Positions 16,667-26,436 of a DNA stretch of 55,840 nt are shown here, piece after piece. The first letter of the stretch is position 1. The number at the start of each line of letters is the position of its first letter. The DNA comes from Nitrospirota bacterium. GTDB taxonomy: Bacteria > Nitrospirota > UBA9217. The translations under genes and the position numbers were made by a program. The stretch lies in contig JAOUEV010000016.1 in the NCBI GenBank assembly GCA_029858565.1, positions 1-55,840 on the forward strand, given 5' to 3'. The notes below the pieces were generated by a model, which was given only the letters and a program-made list of their open reading frames with translations, made no database searches and had not been told where the DNA came from.

Positions 16667-19600
16667 ATGAGAACACAACTGATCCCCTACGGCGCCGACG
16701 GTTGGCGGGAAAAACTGAAGCTTATCGACGAACTTCTCGCCGAACCGGGCGGACCGCCGTTCCTGTATAACGATGTTCTGGTCCTGGTCCCCTCCTCGCG
16801 CCTCAGGAGGACCTACGGCCGGCTCGTTGTTGAGCGCGCGCTGGAGAAGCTGGGGACCGCGACAATATCGCCTCCCGATATCCGGACCCTCCATCAGCTC
16901 CTGCAGCACCTTCACGCACGCTCCGGCGGACGGCCGCTGATCGACGAGAACAGCAGGCTCGTGCTCGTCGAGGGCATTGTGAAGGAGCGCATGGCCTCGC
17001 TGCCTTTCGCGGACCCCATTCCCGACACGCTCGCGCCGTCCCTTGCCGCTGCCGTGGCCGATATGATCGAGGAACTGGGCGCGGCAGGGATAGGCCCGGA
17101 ACGGTTGTCCGGCGCGATCGCCGCGAGCGGCATCGGGGACAAGCGGCAGGTGGCGCTCCTGGAACAGGCCTATTGCCGCTACCAGGAGGTCCTTTCAGCC
17201 AAAGGCCTGAACGATCCGGCTGCCATGATCGTCGAGCTGGCGGAGAATTTCGATCCTGCGTGGCTCGCCCGGTACCGGCGCGTGATCGTCGACGGCCTGC
17301 ATGATGCAGGCGATCTCCAGGCACGGGTGCTCCGCAAGATCGCGCTGCACGAGCAAAGCACCTTCCTGATCGAGGCGCCCGGCGCGGACCTGGTAAGGAA
17401 CGCGTCCGACCAGCACCCGCTTCGGCTGATAAAGGAATTCTGCGCCAGGCTCGGGATCATGCTGGGAGAAGACCGTTCCGCTTCCGGGACCGATGCCGGG
17501 TTCCTGGCTGCCGCCCTGTTCGCGGACCGGCCCTTTGGCGAGTCTGCCGCTTCAGCGCCCCCGTCCTTTGCCCCGCGTCTTGACGCGCTTTCCGGCGTCA
17601 CCATGCGCGAAGAAGTGTCGCTCATCGCAGGCCGGGTCAAGGACTCTCTGCGCAGCGGGACCATTCCGGACTCGGTCCTGGTCGCGTTCCCGTCCCTGGA
17701 CGAGTACGGCCCTCTTGTTGAGGAGATATTCCGGGACTACGGGATCCCCTACAACCGTGCGCTCGGACGCCAGCTCAGCACCTCCGCGGTCGCGACCGCC
17801 CTGGTCTCCCTGCTCCAGACCGTGCAGGACAACTGCTCCGGCCGGTCCCTGCTCCGGGTCCTCAGTTCACCGTTCCTCAAGTTCAGCGAGGACCACTCGG
17901 TCGCCCCGGCATTCGAACGGCTGATGCGCGGCCAGCGGATCCTGGACGGCCGGGAACAATGGCTCAAAGCAGCACGGACCGCCTCATCCGATGAGAAAGG
18001 CCGCGACATCCTGTCCGGCCCTTTGCAGGACCTGTTCACCGCGCTCGACCCCTTCTTTACCAGCGACGCGCTGCCCCTGTCCGGGTGGATGGAACGGGCT
18101 GAAGCGCTCCTTCGGTGGTCCGGCATGGCCGAGCGGGTGGCGCTGATCAAAGGGCCGCTGAACGTGAACCTCCAATCCTTCAAGAAACTGAGCGAGGTCA
18201 TGGCGTCCCTGAGCCGGGCAGGCAGGCTCTTTCCGGAATACCGCTATTCCTTTGACGAGTGGTCCTTCCTGCTCAGAAAGACCTTCATGCATGCCCGTTT
18301 CCAGGTCCCGCCGGACGACGAGGGCGGCGTCCAGGTCCTGGGCCTTGAGGAGAGCGCGAGCCATGCCTGGAGCGAGATCTACCTGGGCGGACTGATCGAC
18401 GGAAAGTTCCCCCAGCGACTGCCGCAGAACATCTTTCTTCCCGAAGCAACGCTTGAGACCCTGGGCGTGCGGCCGCTGGAGCAGGCGCGCATGAACGCGG
18501 CCTATCATTTCTACCGCCTCCTGCTCTCGGCGCCGCGGGTCACGCTCACCTGGCCCGAGAACCAGGGCGACCGGCCGGTCGTTGCATCGCCCTTCCTGGC
18601 GGAGCTGAAGCCCTTGGAGATCGCCGGTCTGCTGAACCGGGGCATGGAAAGAACGCGGCAGTTCCAGTTCAGCCTCAGGCCCGAGGACGCGCGAAGCGTG
18701 GCTGAGCTGGCCAAGGCCATTGCCGTGACCGGCGCTCCTGTCTGTCTCGACGAGGTCCTTCGATCGGATATGGACAGCATGCCGGCTGTGCGCTCGGCAT
18801 ATCAAACACAACCATCTCCCGCGCCGGCTGCGATCCCGATCCCGGGCATTACGACCTTCTCGGTCACGGACCTGGATGTATATCTCAACTGTCCCTACGA
18901 CTACTATGTCAAAAAGATCCTCGGCATCGAACCGCTCGAAGAGGTGACCGAGGACATCTCGCCCAGCGACCGGGGAAGCAGGGTGCACGCCATCCTGAAA
19001 AGGTTCTACGAAGAGTGGCAGGAGCCGGTCACCTCATCCAATCTGGACCAAGCGCGCGGCCTGCTCCTGTCCCTGAGCGAAGGTTACTACAAGCGCGACG
19101 CCGACACCTTCCGCAACCGCAGGGAAAAAGACCTCTTCGTCACCACGGTCGCGGAACGGTTCCTGACTGCGGAAACAGGCTTCTGGACCCAGGGCTTCCG
19201 TCCTTTCTTCCTGGAGCAGCGGATCGACGACTTCACCTTCAACCTCGGCAGCGGCAGGGAGTTCACCCTCACGGCCAAGATCGACCGCATTGATGTGGAC
19301 GACAAGGGGAACTTTGTCGTGGTGGACTACAAGACCGGAAAATACCCGCAGCCGAAGATGGGGCCGGACCAGGAGATATTCCAGCTGCCGGTCTATGCCT
19401 GCATGGCCATACGGTCGCTCGCGGGAAGATCCCCGGCGCTCGGAAAGCCCGTCGGCCTGGCCTATTACGACCTTGCGGGAAAGTTCGGCAATGTTGCGCG
19501 CGATGTGGTGCTCTACGACAAGGACGCCGGATTCGACCAGCCCGCGGTCAAGCCCAAGGCCAGTCCGAGGAGTACGGAAGAGTTCAATGCCATATTGGAT

Positions 19601-19732
19601 CAGAGCATGCGAAAAGCAGCAATGGCGATAGAAGGCATCGTGAAGGGCGATTTTTCAGCAAAGCCGCTGGACAAGAACCGGTGCATGTTCTGCGCGAACG
19701 AGATGATGTGCGGAAAAGAACCGGAGGAATGA
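16667..19732 (+). CDS. addB: AddB/RexB-like helicase-nuclease subunit (PD-(D/E)XK, Fe-S staple)
   Basis: Inactive helicase N-terminal region; YLNCPYDYY, KIDRID...VVDYKTG, QLPVY, CMFC...C. Confidence 0.88.
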   Translation: MRTQLIPYGADGWREKLKLIDELLAEPGGPPFLYNDVLVLVPSSRLRRTYGRLVVERALEKLGTATISPPDIRTLHQLLQHLHARSGGRPLIDENSRLVLVEGIVKERMASLPFADPIPDTLAPSLAAAVADMIEELGAAGIGPERLSGAIAASGIGDKRQVALLEQAYCRYQEVLSAKGLNDPAAMIVELAENFDPAWLARYRRVIVDGLHDAGDLQARVLRKIALHEQSTFLIEAPGADLVRNASDQHPLRLIKEFCARLGIMLGEDRSASGTDAGFLAAALFADRPFGESAASAPPSFAPRLDALSGVTMREEVSLIAGRVKDSLRSGTIPDSVLVAFPSLDEYGPLVEEIFRDYGIPYNRALGRQLSTSAVATALVSLLQTVQDNCSGRSLLRVLSSPFLKFSEDHSVAPAFERLMRGQRILDGREQWLKAARTASSDEKGRDILSGPLQDLFTALDPFFTSDALPLSGWMERAEALLRWSGMAERVALIKGPLNVNLQSFKKLSEVMASLSRAGRLFPEYRYSFDEWSFLLRKTFMHARFQVPPDDEGGVQVLGLEESASHAWSEIYLGGLIDGKFPQRLPQNIFLPEATLETLGVRPLEQARMNAAYHFYRLLLSAPRVTLTWPENQGDRPVVASPFLAELKPLEIAGLLNRGMERTRQFQFSLRPEDARSVAELAKAIAVTGAPVCLDEVLRSDMDSMPAVRSAYQTQPSPAPAAIPIPGITTFSVTDLDVYLNCPYDYYVKKILGIEPLEEVTEDISPSDRGSRVHAILKRFYEEWQEPVTSSNLDQARGLLLSLSEGYYKRDADTFRNRREKDLFVTTVAERFLTAETGFWTQGFRPFFLEQRIDDFTFNLGSGREFTLTAKIDRIDVDDKGNFVVVDYKTGKYPQPKMGPDQEIFQLPVYACMAIRSLAGRSPALGKPVGLAYYDLAGKFGNVARDVVLYDKDAGFDQPAVKPKASPRSTEEFNAILDQSMRKAAMAIEGIVKGDFSAKPLDKNRCMFCANEMMCGKEPEE

Positions 19733-19734
19733 CT

Positions 19735-19761
19735 GTAGGGGCGGGTTTCAAACCCGCCCGC
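19735..19761 (+). repeat. GTAG-type REP palindrome
   Basis: GTAGGGGCGGGTTTCAAACCCGCCCGC. Confidence 0.92.
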
Positions 19762-20056
19762 AAAATAGGATCGACAAACAATGCCATTCAATCCCGACAT
19801 CCATCATCGTAAATCCATCCGCCTGAAGGATTACGATTACTCCCAGAGAGGCGCGTATTTTGTGACGGTGTGCACATGGAATCGGGAACATTCCCTTGGA
19901 ACGATTGAGCAAAACGTTCTGCAACCATCCGGCTGCGGAGATATCGTTCTTGATTGCTGGAATGCTTTGCCGAACCATTACCCACATATCATGCTTGATG
20001 CATTTACTTTGATGCCGAACCATATCCATGGGATTATCATGATCATGAACGATGTT

Positions 20057-20085
20057 GTAAGGGCGGGTTTAAAACCCGCCCCTAC
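20057..20085. repeat. REP palindrome inside the RAYT coding sequence
   Basis: GTAAGGGCGGGTTTAAAACCCGCCCCTAC, encoding VRAGLKPAPT. Confidence 0.9.
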
Positions 20086-20299
20086 GGAGAATCATCATGG
20101 CCTGTCTGAAATCGTTCGGGCTTTGAAAACTTTCTCCTCTCGACGGATTAACGCCTCCCGCAAAACTCCGGGCATGCCGGTGTGGCAACGGAACTATTAC
20201 GAACATGTGATCCGGAACGACGACGATCTGAATGCCATACGGGAATATATACAATACAATCCCGCAGGATGGGACAGGGACGAGGAGAATCCCCATTTT

Positions 20300-20328
20300 G
20301 TAGGGGCGGGTTTCAAACCCGCCCCTGC
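20300..20328 (+). repeat. REP palindrome in the 3' end of RAYT
   Basis: GTAGGGGCGGGTTTCAAACCCGCCCCTGC, encoding VGAGFKPAP. Confidence 0.92.
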
Positions 20329-20342
20329 CCAGGACAGGAACA

Positions 20343-23300
20343 ATGGATAACAGACCCGACACCTCACGCTCGGTCCACCTCTCGGCCTCGGCTGGCTCAG
20401 GCAAGACCCGCGCGCTCAAGGAACGCTACCTTGCGCTCCTTGACCTGCTTGATCGCGCCGGCCTGGGCATTGACCAGGCCGTGGCCATCACCTTCACGGA
20501 CAAAGCGGCCGCGGAGATCAAGGAACGGGTGATGAAGGACCTGCCCGAGACCATGCTCAGAAAGATCATCCGGGGCAGGCAGGACCTGCGCATCTCCACG
20601 ATCCATTCCTTTTGCATGAACCTGTTGAAGCGCTATCCCCTGGAAGCCGGGCTGCCTCCGGACTTCGGAGTGCTGGACAGCAGGGACCAGGCCGACCGGA
20701 TCAACCGCGCTGTGCTGGATGCGCTGGAAGGATCGGATCGGGACAGCTCTCTCATGTCGCCGCTCAGGACATTCACCGCTGACGAGCTCATAGGCGTGAT
20801 AACGTTCCTGATCTCGATCCGGAGCAGGCTGAAGCGCCTGGAGATCGACGCGGGAGGTCCCGGGCAGCTTATCGACGCGGTCAGGACCGGCATGGCCGCT
20901 GATGCGGCTGAAGCGGAACTGGGGGCACTGGTCGCATCAAGGGACTGGCGGACCTGTTTCGGCCGGATGGAAGAGATCCTGCGTGCTCAGCCGGACCATT
21001 ACGACAGGTCGCTGGGAGATCTGCACCGGCAACTGGCTGAGCCGACGGACAGGGCTTCGCTGCTCAGGATCGCGGCATCGCTTGCGCCGGTCTATTTCAA
21101 CAAAGATGGCGCACCATCGAAGAAGTTCTTTATCGCGAAAAAGAGCTTTGGCAAGGGAGACCGGCAGGGGTACGAAGAATGTTATCTCGCTATCCAGGAC
21201 CTGCTCGTCAGGACGCGCGATCTTGATGCCCGGGTCCGGTCCGCAGGCGAGGCAGCGAGCCTGCTCAGGCTCTATCTCAGCGCCGAGGACCGCTACCATG
21301 ACATGAAACTGCGCGAAGGCGTGCTGGACTTCGACGACCTGGAGGTCCATGCCTATCGCCTGCTCAAGAACATCGATTCCCCGGAGATCCTCTACTGGCT
21401 CGACCGGAAGATCCTTCACTTCCTTGTTGACGAATTTCAGGACACCAGCGACATCCAGTGGGCGATCCTCGAGACGCTGACCGCCGAGATCTTCGCGGGC
21501 CAGGGCGCTGACAAGCCCATGGGGCCCACGCTCTTCGTGGTCGGCGACCGGAAACAGTCCATCTACCGGTTCCGCGAAGCCAACTACCGGCTGATCGACG
21601 ATGTGCGCGAAAAGATGGTACGGAACCTGGCCGAGGGTTCGCGCAGCATCAGGACGCTGGACCGCAACTACCGCTCCGTGCCCGAGGTGATCAGCGCGGT
21701 GAACCAGGTCTTTATCTCCCTCTGGGGCAACGCCTATATTCCGTCGGAGTCCGACCGCAGGGACCACCAGGGGGTGGTTGACCTGATCGAGATCGTTCCT
21801 GACCCGTCAACGGACGACCAGGCCGGCCTGCCCGCGGAAGCTGAGGTGCTTGCCGCGGAGATCGGCCGGCTGATCGACAGCAAAATGCCGGTCCATGAAC
21901 ATAAGGACGGCCGCTGGCTCACGAGGCCGGTTGCCTACGGCGACTGCGCCATCCTGATCCAGTCGCGGACACGATTGAAGGAATACGAAGCAGCGCTCCG
22001 CGGCCGGGGCGTGCCGTTCCGCGTTGTAGGCGGCATCGGTTTCTATGAGCAGGAGGAGATCCAGGCCGTCATCAACGTGCTCTTCTTCCTCTGGAACCGC
22101 GAGGACCGGCTGAGCCTGGCTTCGGCGCTCAAATCCCCCCTCTTCGGACTTTCGGACCGGGACATCCTCGGCCTCTTTTCCCGGGAAGGCGACCCGCTCC
22201 GGCGGCTTGCCGAGAACCATCCTTTTGTCCACGGCCGCCTGGACGCCTGGTCGCGATACGCCGGCACCGAACCCCTGTCCGGCCTGATCCACCGCGTGAT
22301 CATGGACTCCGGCGCCTATGTGATCTTCGGCAGACGAAATTCCCAGGCAGTGTTCAACATCGACAAGCTGCTCGACACTGCCCGGGAGTTCGAACGCAGG
22401 GGCTACACCACGCTCCAGGACTTCGTGGAATGGATCAGGAACATCCGCGAGGCTGAGCAGCGCGAGGCGACCGCGGACATGAACCTGCCGGGGTACGAAG
22501 GCGCGGTCAGCATCATGACCGTGCACAAGGCAAAAGGCCTGGAGTTCCCCGTGCTCTTCCTGCCGGGGATGAACCAGAAACCGAGATCGGTCTCCCACGG
22601 ACCTGCGGCCATTATCGCGTCGGGCAGCGGGGTGCGCATGGCCGTCAAAGGGTCCGGCGGTCCGGTCTATGATGAACTATGGGAACAGGAGAGGGACGAG
22701 CTCCGCCAGGAGCACCAGCGGCTGCTGTACGTTGCCATGACCAGGGCGCGCGACCGGCTTGTGATGATCGGGACATTGGACACCGGCAAGACGCCGGTGA
22801 GCGAGAACAGCTGGCTCGGATTTCTGCGACAGGCAATACCGGCTCTTGACGCTGCCGGATCCCGGAGCCCGGGCCTGTACAGGTCATCGTACCCCGACTG
22901 GGCCGCAGAGACCCTGGAGATACCGGAGACCCGCGAAACCGGGGCCGGGACAAGGACGCCGGAGCGGACCATCGATGCCACCGCGCTTATCGAACGCCTG
23001 AGGCCGGTCACGGGACCGGGAGCCCTTGACTGGAAAAAGACCACGGACCTTATCAGCGCGGACCGCGAATGGTGGAGCGAACATCCGGCGCCGCAGCAGC
23101 CCGGCGGCCTGTCCCCCCTGACCAGGGGGAGCTTCCTGCACCGCTGTCTTGAGCTTATGACAACTGCCAGGGATGCAGATCCCGGGAAGATCAGCCATGA
23201 GTTCCCCGAGATCGAGGCGCTGGAGGGATCGCGCAGGCAAGCGTTCCTGGACGATGCCGCTGCGGTCCTTGGCCGCGTGACCGGGAACAAGGATATGGAA

Positions 23301-23594
23301 TGGATATTCGAACAAGGTCCCGGGGCTTACAGCGAACTGCCCTTCTTGTCGCGCCGGGAGAACGACATCATGAGCGGCATCATGGACCGTGTGGTGGTAC
23401 GGGACGGAATTGCGCGGGTCGTGGATTACAAGGCCATCAGCATCAGGGACCAGGCGGACCTTGCAGCCTGGAAAGATCATTATCTGCCGCAGATACAGAC
23501 CTACTGCGATGCGGCAAAGGCCCTCTTCCGGGTCAATACTGTCGAGGGATATCTGCTCTTCCTGGACAGCGGATTGCTGGAGCGGGTCGTCTGA
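20343..23594 (+). CDS. addA: AddA/RexA UvrD-type helicase-nuclease
   Basis: SASAGSGKT, ITFTDKAAAE, VDEFQD, VGDRKQSIYRFR, TVHKAKGLE, YVAMTRA, C-terminal GIMDRVV..VVDYK. Confidence 0.92.
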   Translation: MDNRPDTSRSVHLSASAGSGKTRALKERYLALLDLLDRAGLGIDQAVAITFTDKAAAEIKERVMKDLPETMLRKIIRGRQDLRISTIHSFCMNLLKRYPLEAGLPPDFGVLDSRDQADRINRAVLDALEGSDRDSSLMSPLRTFTADELIGVITFLISIRSRLKRLEIDAGGPGQLIDAVRTGMAADAAEAELGALVASRDWRTCFGRMEEILRAQPDHYDRSLGDLHRQLAEPTDRASLLRIAASLAPVYFNKDGAPSKKFFIAKKSFGKGDRQGYEECYLAIQDLLVRTRDLDARVRSAGEAASLLRLYLSAEDRYHDMKLREGVLDFDDLEVHAYRLLKNIDSPEILYWLDRKILHFLVDEFQDTSDIQWAILETLTAEIFAGQGADKPMGPTLFVVGDRKQSIYRFREANYRLIDDVREKMVRNLAEGSRSIRTLDRNYRSVPEVISAVNQVFISLWGNAYIPSESDRRDHQGVVDLIEIVPDPSTDDQAGLPAEAEVLAAEIGRLIDSKMPVHEHKDGRWLTRPVAYGDCAILIQSRTRLKEYEAALRGRGVPFRVVGGIGFYEQEEIQAVINVLFFLWNREDRLSLASALKSPLFGLSDRDILGLFSREGDPLRRLAENHPFVHGRLDAWSRYAGTEPLSGLIHRVIMDSGAYVIFGRRNSQAVFNIDKLLDTAREFERRGYTTLQDFVEWIRNIREAEQREATADMNLPGYEGAVSIMTVHKAKGLEFPVLFLPGMNQKPRSVSHGPAAIIASGSGVRMAVKGSGGPVYDELWEQERDELRQEHQRLLYVAMTRARDRLVMIGTLDTGKTPVSENSWLGFLRQAIPALDAAGSRSPGLYRSSYPDWAAETLEIPETRETGAGTRTPERTIDATALIERLRPVTGPGALDWKKTTDLISADREWWSEHPAPQQPGGLSPLTRGSFLHRCLELMTTARDADPGKISHEFPEIEALEGSRRQAFLDDAAAVLGRVTGNKDMEWIFEQGPGAYSELPFLSRRENDIMSGIMDRVVVRDGIARVVDYKAISIRDQADLAAWKDHYLPQIQTYCDAAKALFRVNTVEGYLLFLDSGLLERVV

Positions 23595-23646
23595 GCCGGG
23601 ACGATCAGCGCACCTTGAGCTTCTTGTCGATCTTCTTATCCCCTGT

Positions 23647-24906
23647 TCAGAACGACTCCCAGGGATAACCGAAAATGATCGAGGTCTCGATCCCTTCCCT
23701 GCCCGTTGCGAAATCGAACCGCAGCACCACGCCCGATGCCGTGACCATGCGGAATCCCGTCCCGTAGGACGACCGGAACACCTCCCGGAGGTCGTCGCGG
23801 TTGTCCGCCACGCTCGCCATCTCGTAGAAAAAGGCGATCTGCAGTGCCGTTCGCACGTCCCTGGCAATGAAGATATCGAACGGACGCGCCTCCTCGGTGA
23901 GGTTCCATCGGATCTCGGTGGCGTAGAACACCGAATGGGCGCCCTTGAAACGGTCATTGGGATAGGAGCGCATCCTGCTCGTGCCGCCCAGCGCGCTCAC
24001 GGTCCCGTAGGTGTTCGCGGCGATGATGTTGTCGATCACCTGTTCGCATTCGGTCCGTTCCGCCGGGTCGGAGATCGTGGAGCAGTTCAGGTTCTGTTCC
24101 GCTGCCACCGTGGCCCGGTCGGTCGAACCCGGACGGTTGACGTGGGCGTCGGACCGGAAATAGTTGATAAGCCAGGTGCTGATCCTGCCGAGCGGAACGT
24201 ATGCCGTGGCGTTGTACTCCATGTTGTAGAAATCCGCATCAATATGGTTCACCGGAGGGGACCACCAGCGGCTGACATCAAGGCGGAATCCGCTGCGCGG
24301 GTCGGCGTAATCATCGCTCAGGTCGATCCGCGTGCCCAGGGCGTAGACCTTGGTGCGCCAGGGCCGGGGGTCATCGATATCAAGGATCACGTTCCCGTTG
24401 TTGTCCCGGATCTTGTCGAGCGTTGACTTGATGTTGTAATTGCCGCCGTAGATCTCGAACCGCCGGTCCGCGAAGGTGGCCGTGAGCCGTTCGCCCACGA
24501 ACCAGAAATTGCCGAGTTCCATGAGGCTGTAATCGTGCTTCCCGGTCTCCATGCCCCGCTGCCGGAAACTCGTCGCCGTTATGGCGTTGAAATTCTGGTT
24601 GAACAGGTCAAGGATCAGCGTTTTCGGCACGAGATGGACGTCCGCCAGGCCGAGCCCCAGTCCGCGCACTTCGCCGCCGAGCAGGAATCCGAAGGCATCG
24701 GTGTGCGTTCCGGCGATGTTATTGGCCAGCCCGATCAGCGCGCCGCCCGCGCCGATGCCCGGAATGCTGTAGGGCGACGGAAACAGATAGTATCCCGGGT
24801 CCGTCTGGAACTGGGGCTTGCGGCGCTCCGGGTAAGAGGTCTCCTCGCACCATGCATTGCCGGCGACGGTGACGATCAACAGCACAACGAACGGAACCAT
24901 GCGCAT
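23647..24906 (-). CDS. Outer-membrane beta-barrel, Omp85/BamA-TamA barrel-like
   Basis: Signal peptide, alternating strands, LGG..RMRSYP (VRGY-like), YGTGFR, terminal Phe. Confidence 0.7.
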   Translation of the reverse strand: MRMVPFVVLLIVTVAGNAWCEETSYPERRKPQFQTDPGYYLFPSPYSIPGIGAGGALIGLANNIAGTHTDAFGFLLGGEVRGLGLGLADVHLVPKTLILDLFNQNFNAITATSFRQRGMETGKHDYSLMELGNFWFVGERLTATFADRRFEIYGGNYNIKSTLDKIRDNNGNVILDIDDPRPWRTKVYALGTRIDLSDDYADPRSGFRLDVSRWWSPPVNHIDADFYNMEYNATAYVPLGRISTWLINYFRSDAHVNRPGSTDRATVAAEQNLNCSTISDPAERTECEQVIDNIIAANTYGTVSALGGTSRMRSYPNDRFKGAHSVFYATEIRWNLTEEARPFDIFIARDVRTALQIAFFYEMASVADNRDDLREVFRSSYGTGFRMVTASGVVLRFDFATGREGIETSIIFGYPWESF

Positions 24907-25079
24907 TTTCGCAGTCCTCACCAATGTTTTCCGGAAATACTGGATAAAATATTTCTTTAGGTCCGCTCCGATGTCATCAGGCAACCGGCGCGCTTGCGAC
25001 AGCACGCATGAACTCATTGAAACGCCACCACTCTAGGAGAAAACCCGAATGCCTGCCAATCACACTGAGGGAGACCGGA

Positions 25080-25514
25080 TCAGTCGCGGTCCTTGATCAC
25101 GTCCACCATGGTCTTCGGCTGCTGGCAGAAGAGCTTACGCACCCGTTCCCGGTATTCCTCAGGCGTCACATGCTCCTGGTGCGTGCCGATCACGATGCTG
25201 ATCCCGGGAAACTCCTTTTCCAGCGCGGTCTTGTACTTTTCCTTGAACGGACAGAGCGCTTTCATGCAGTAGGTGAAGTGAATGACATCAACGCGGAACT
25301 CGGTCAGCGCGCGGACGCGGCGGAGCAGCTTTTCCGGTCCTGTGAGCGTGGGGCATCCCGGGCAGTTGATGATCCCGACAAGGTCGAGCGGCTCGCCCGC
25401 GGGATAGTCCGCGAAGGTCCCGCGCCGCTTCCGCAGGTCCGCAAGACAGCTGACCGAGGAGCAGCCCAGGTCCTGGGTGGCGTTGGAACAGGTGAGTATC
25501 CCGATGCGTGCCAT
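25080..25514 (-). CDS. CGGC domain metal-binding protein
   Basis: IGILTC...C...CL...GIINCPGCP...IHFTYCM...CPF...GTH. Confidence 0.85.
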   Translation of the reverse strand: MARIGILTCSNATQDLGCSSVSCLADLRKRRGTFADYPAGEPLDLVGIINCPGCPTLTGPEKLLRRVRALTEFRVDVIHFTYCMKALCPFKEKYKTALEKEFPGISIVIGTHQEHVTPEEYRERVRKLFCQQPKTMVDVIKDRD

Positions 25515-25617
25515 GGGAGGATTCCTTTCCTGAGTTGCCTACGATAAAGATACGTTATGACTTGGCAGGTAAATTTTGAGCAAAAAACGTACTGCTGTAA
25601 AAAAGCCTAAACCCGTT

Positions 25618-25706
25618 TTCGCGCAAAGCCGCAAAGACGCAAAGGAGATCATAAAAGATTATGTATAACGTTGCCTTTCTTTGCGGCTTGGCGTCTTTGC
25701 GCGAGA
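25618..25706. repeat. Inverted 9-mer-periodic element
   Basis: TTTCGCGCAAAGCCGCAAAGACGCAAAG ... CTTTGCGGCTTGGCGTCTTTGCGCGAGA. Confidence 0.9.
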
Positions 25707-25742
25707 CGCCCTTCTTTTGATTTTTCCGAGGCTAGATTGCTG

Positions 25743-26351
25743 CTACTTCCCGGTCTTCTTCACCTGATACCGGATGATCGTGTAGTACTTCTCCGGATCT
25801 CCCGCAGAGAGCAACCCCGGTCCGCGCAAATATTCTTCCTCATGGGGTCCGGCGATCTTGTAGCCTGCTTTGGCGATGAATGCCAGAAGCTTCTCGATCG
25901 TCGGTTGTTCCGCGCCGTAGGGGCCCACGTGAAGGATCTCGGCAACTTCGCCGTAATTCCACGTCGCGATCTTCACCTCCAGGGAACCTTTCTTTTCAGG
26001 AAGACGCGTCACGTCATCGGGGATCGGGATAGCGTAGATACCGAGCCACTCGCTCCTGGGCGCGGTAAATTCCTTTGGCCACCGCGCCCGGGGCACGGCA
26101 GCACCCGCGTTCGCAGACGACTTAATGACCTTATAGTAAGCGCTGAAGAGATTGCTGAAGGCTCTGTTGCCTGCCACAGAGGGATCTCCGGTCACGATCG
26201 CCTCGATCATCTTTTGGGCCGGAAGCGTGGTAATGCGGGGCTCCCGCAGGTGCTCATAGGAGGAGAGGTCCGGACCGGAAGAAGAGACGAACGAGAGTAC
26301 CAGCAGCACCACAACACCCAGGACCGCACTGACGATCATCGCTTTTTTCAT
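25743..26351 (-). CDS. GyrI-like small-molecule-binding protein, membrane-anchored
   Basis: VAEILHVGPY...GPHEEEYLRGPG...YYTIIRY; N-terminal TM segment. Confidence 0.8.
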   Translation of the reverse strand: MKKAMIVSAVLGVVVLLVLSFVSSSGPDLSSYEHLREPRITTLPAQKMIEAIVTGDPSVAGNRAFSNLFSAYYKVIKSSANAGAAVPRARWPKEFTAPRSEWLGIYAIPIPDDVTRLPEKKGSLEVKIATWNYGEVAEILHVGPYGAEQPTIEKLLAFIAKAGYKIAGPHEEEYLRGPGLLSAGDPEKYYTIIRYQVKKTGK

Positions 26352-26436
26352 AGCAAGTCCCCCCTTGTCACTCGTCTCTTTTCTCTGGTCCAATCCGCAA
26401 TCCGAAATCCGCATTCCGCAATGGAAACCCTTGCCT

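Larger units (their letters stand above)
19781..20350 (+). mobile_element. REP-associated tyrosine transposase (RAYT; Y1/HUH, IS200-like)
   Basis: RKSIRLKDYDYS, YFVTVCT, MPNHIHGI (HUH), WQRNYYEHVIR, YIQYNP; REPs at both ends. Confidence 0.95.

Noticed and set aside
16667-19732. Cas4 or defence nuclease call for the Fe-S PD-(D/E)XK protein
   Set aside because: Its length, inactive helicase region and pairing with an AddA helicase-nuclease indicate AddB.
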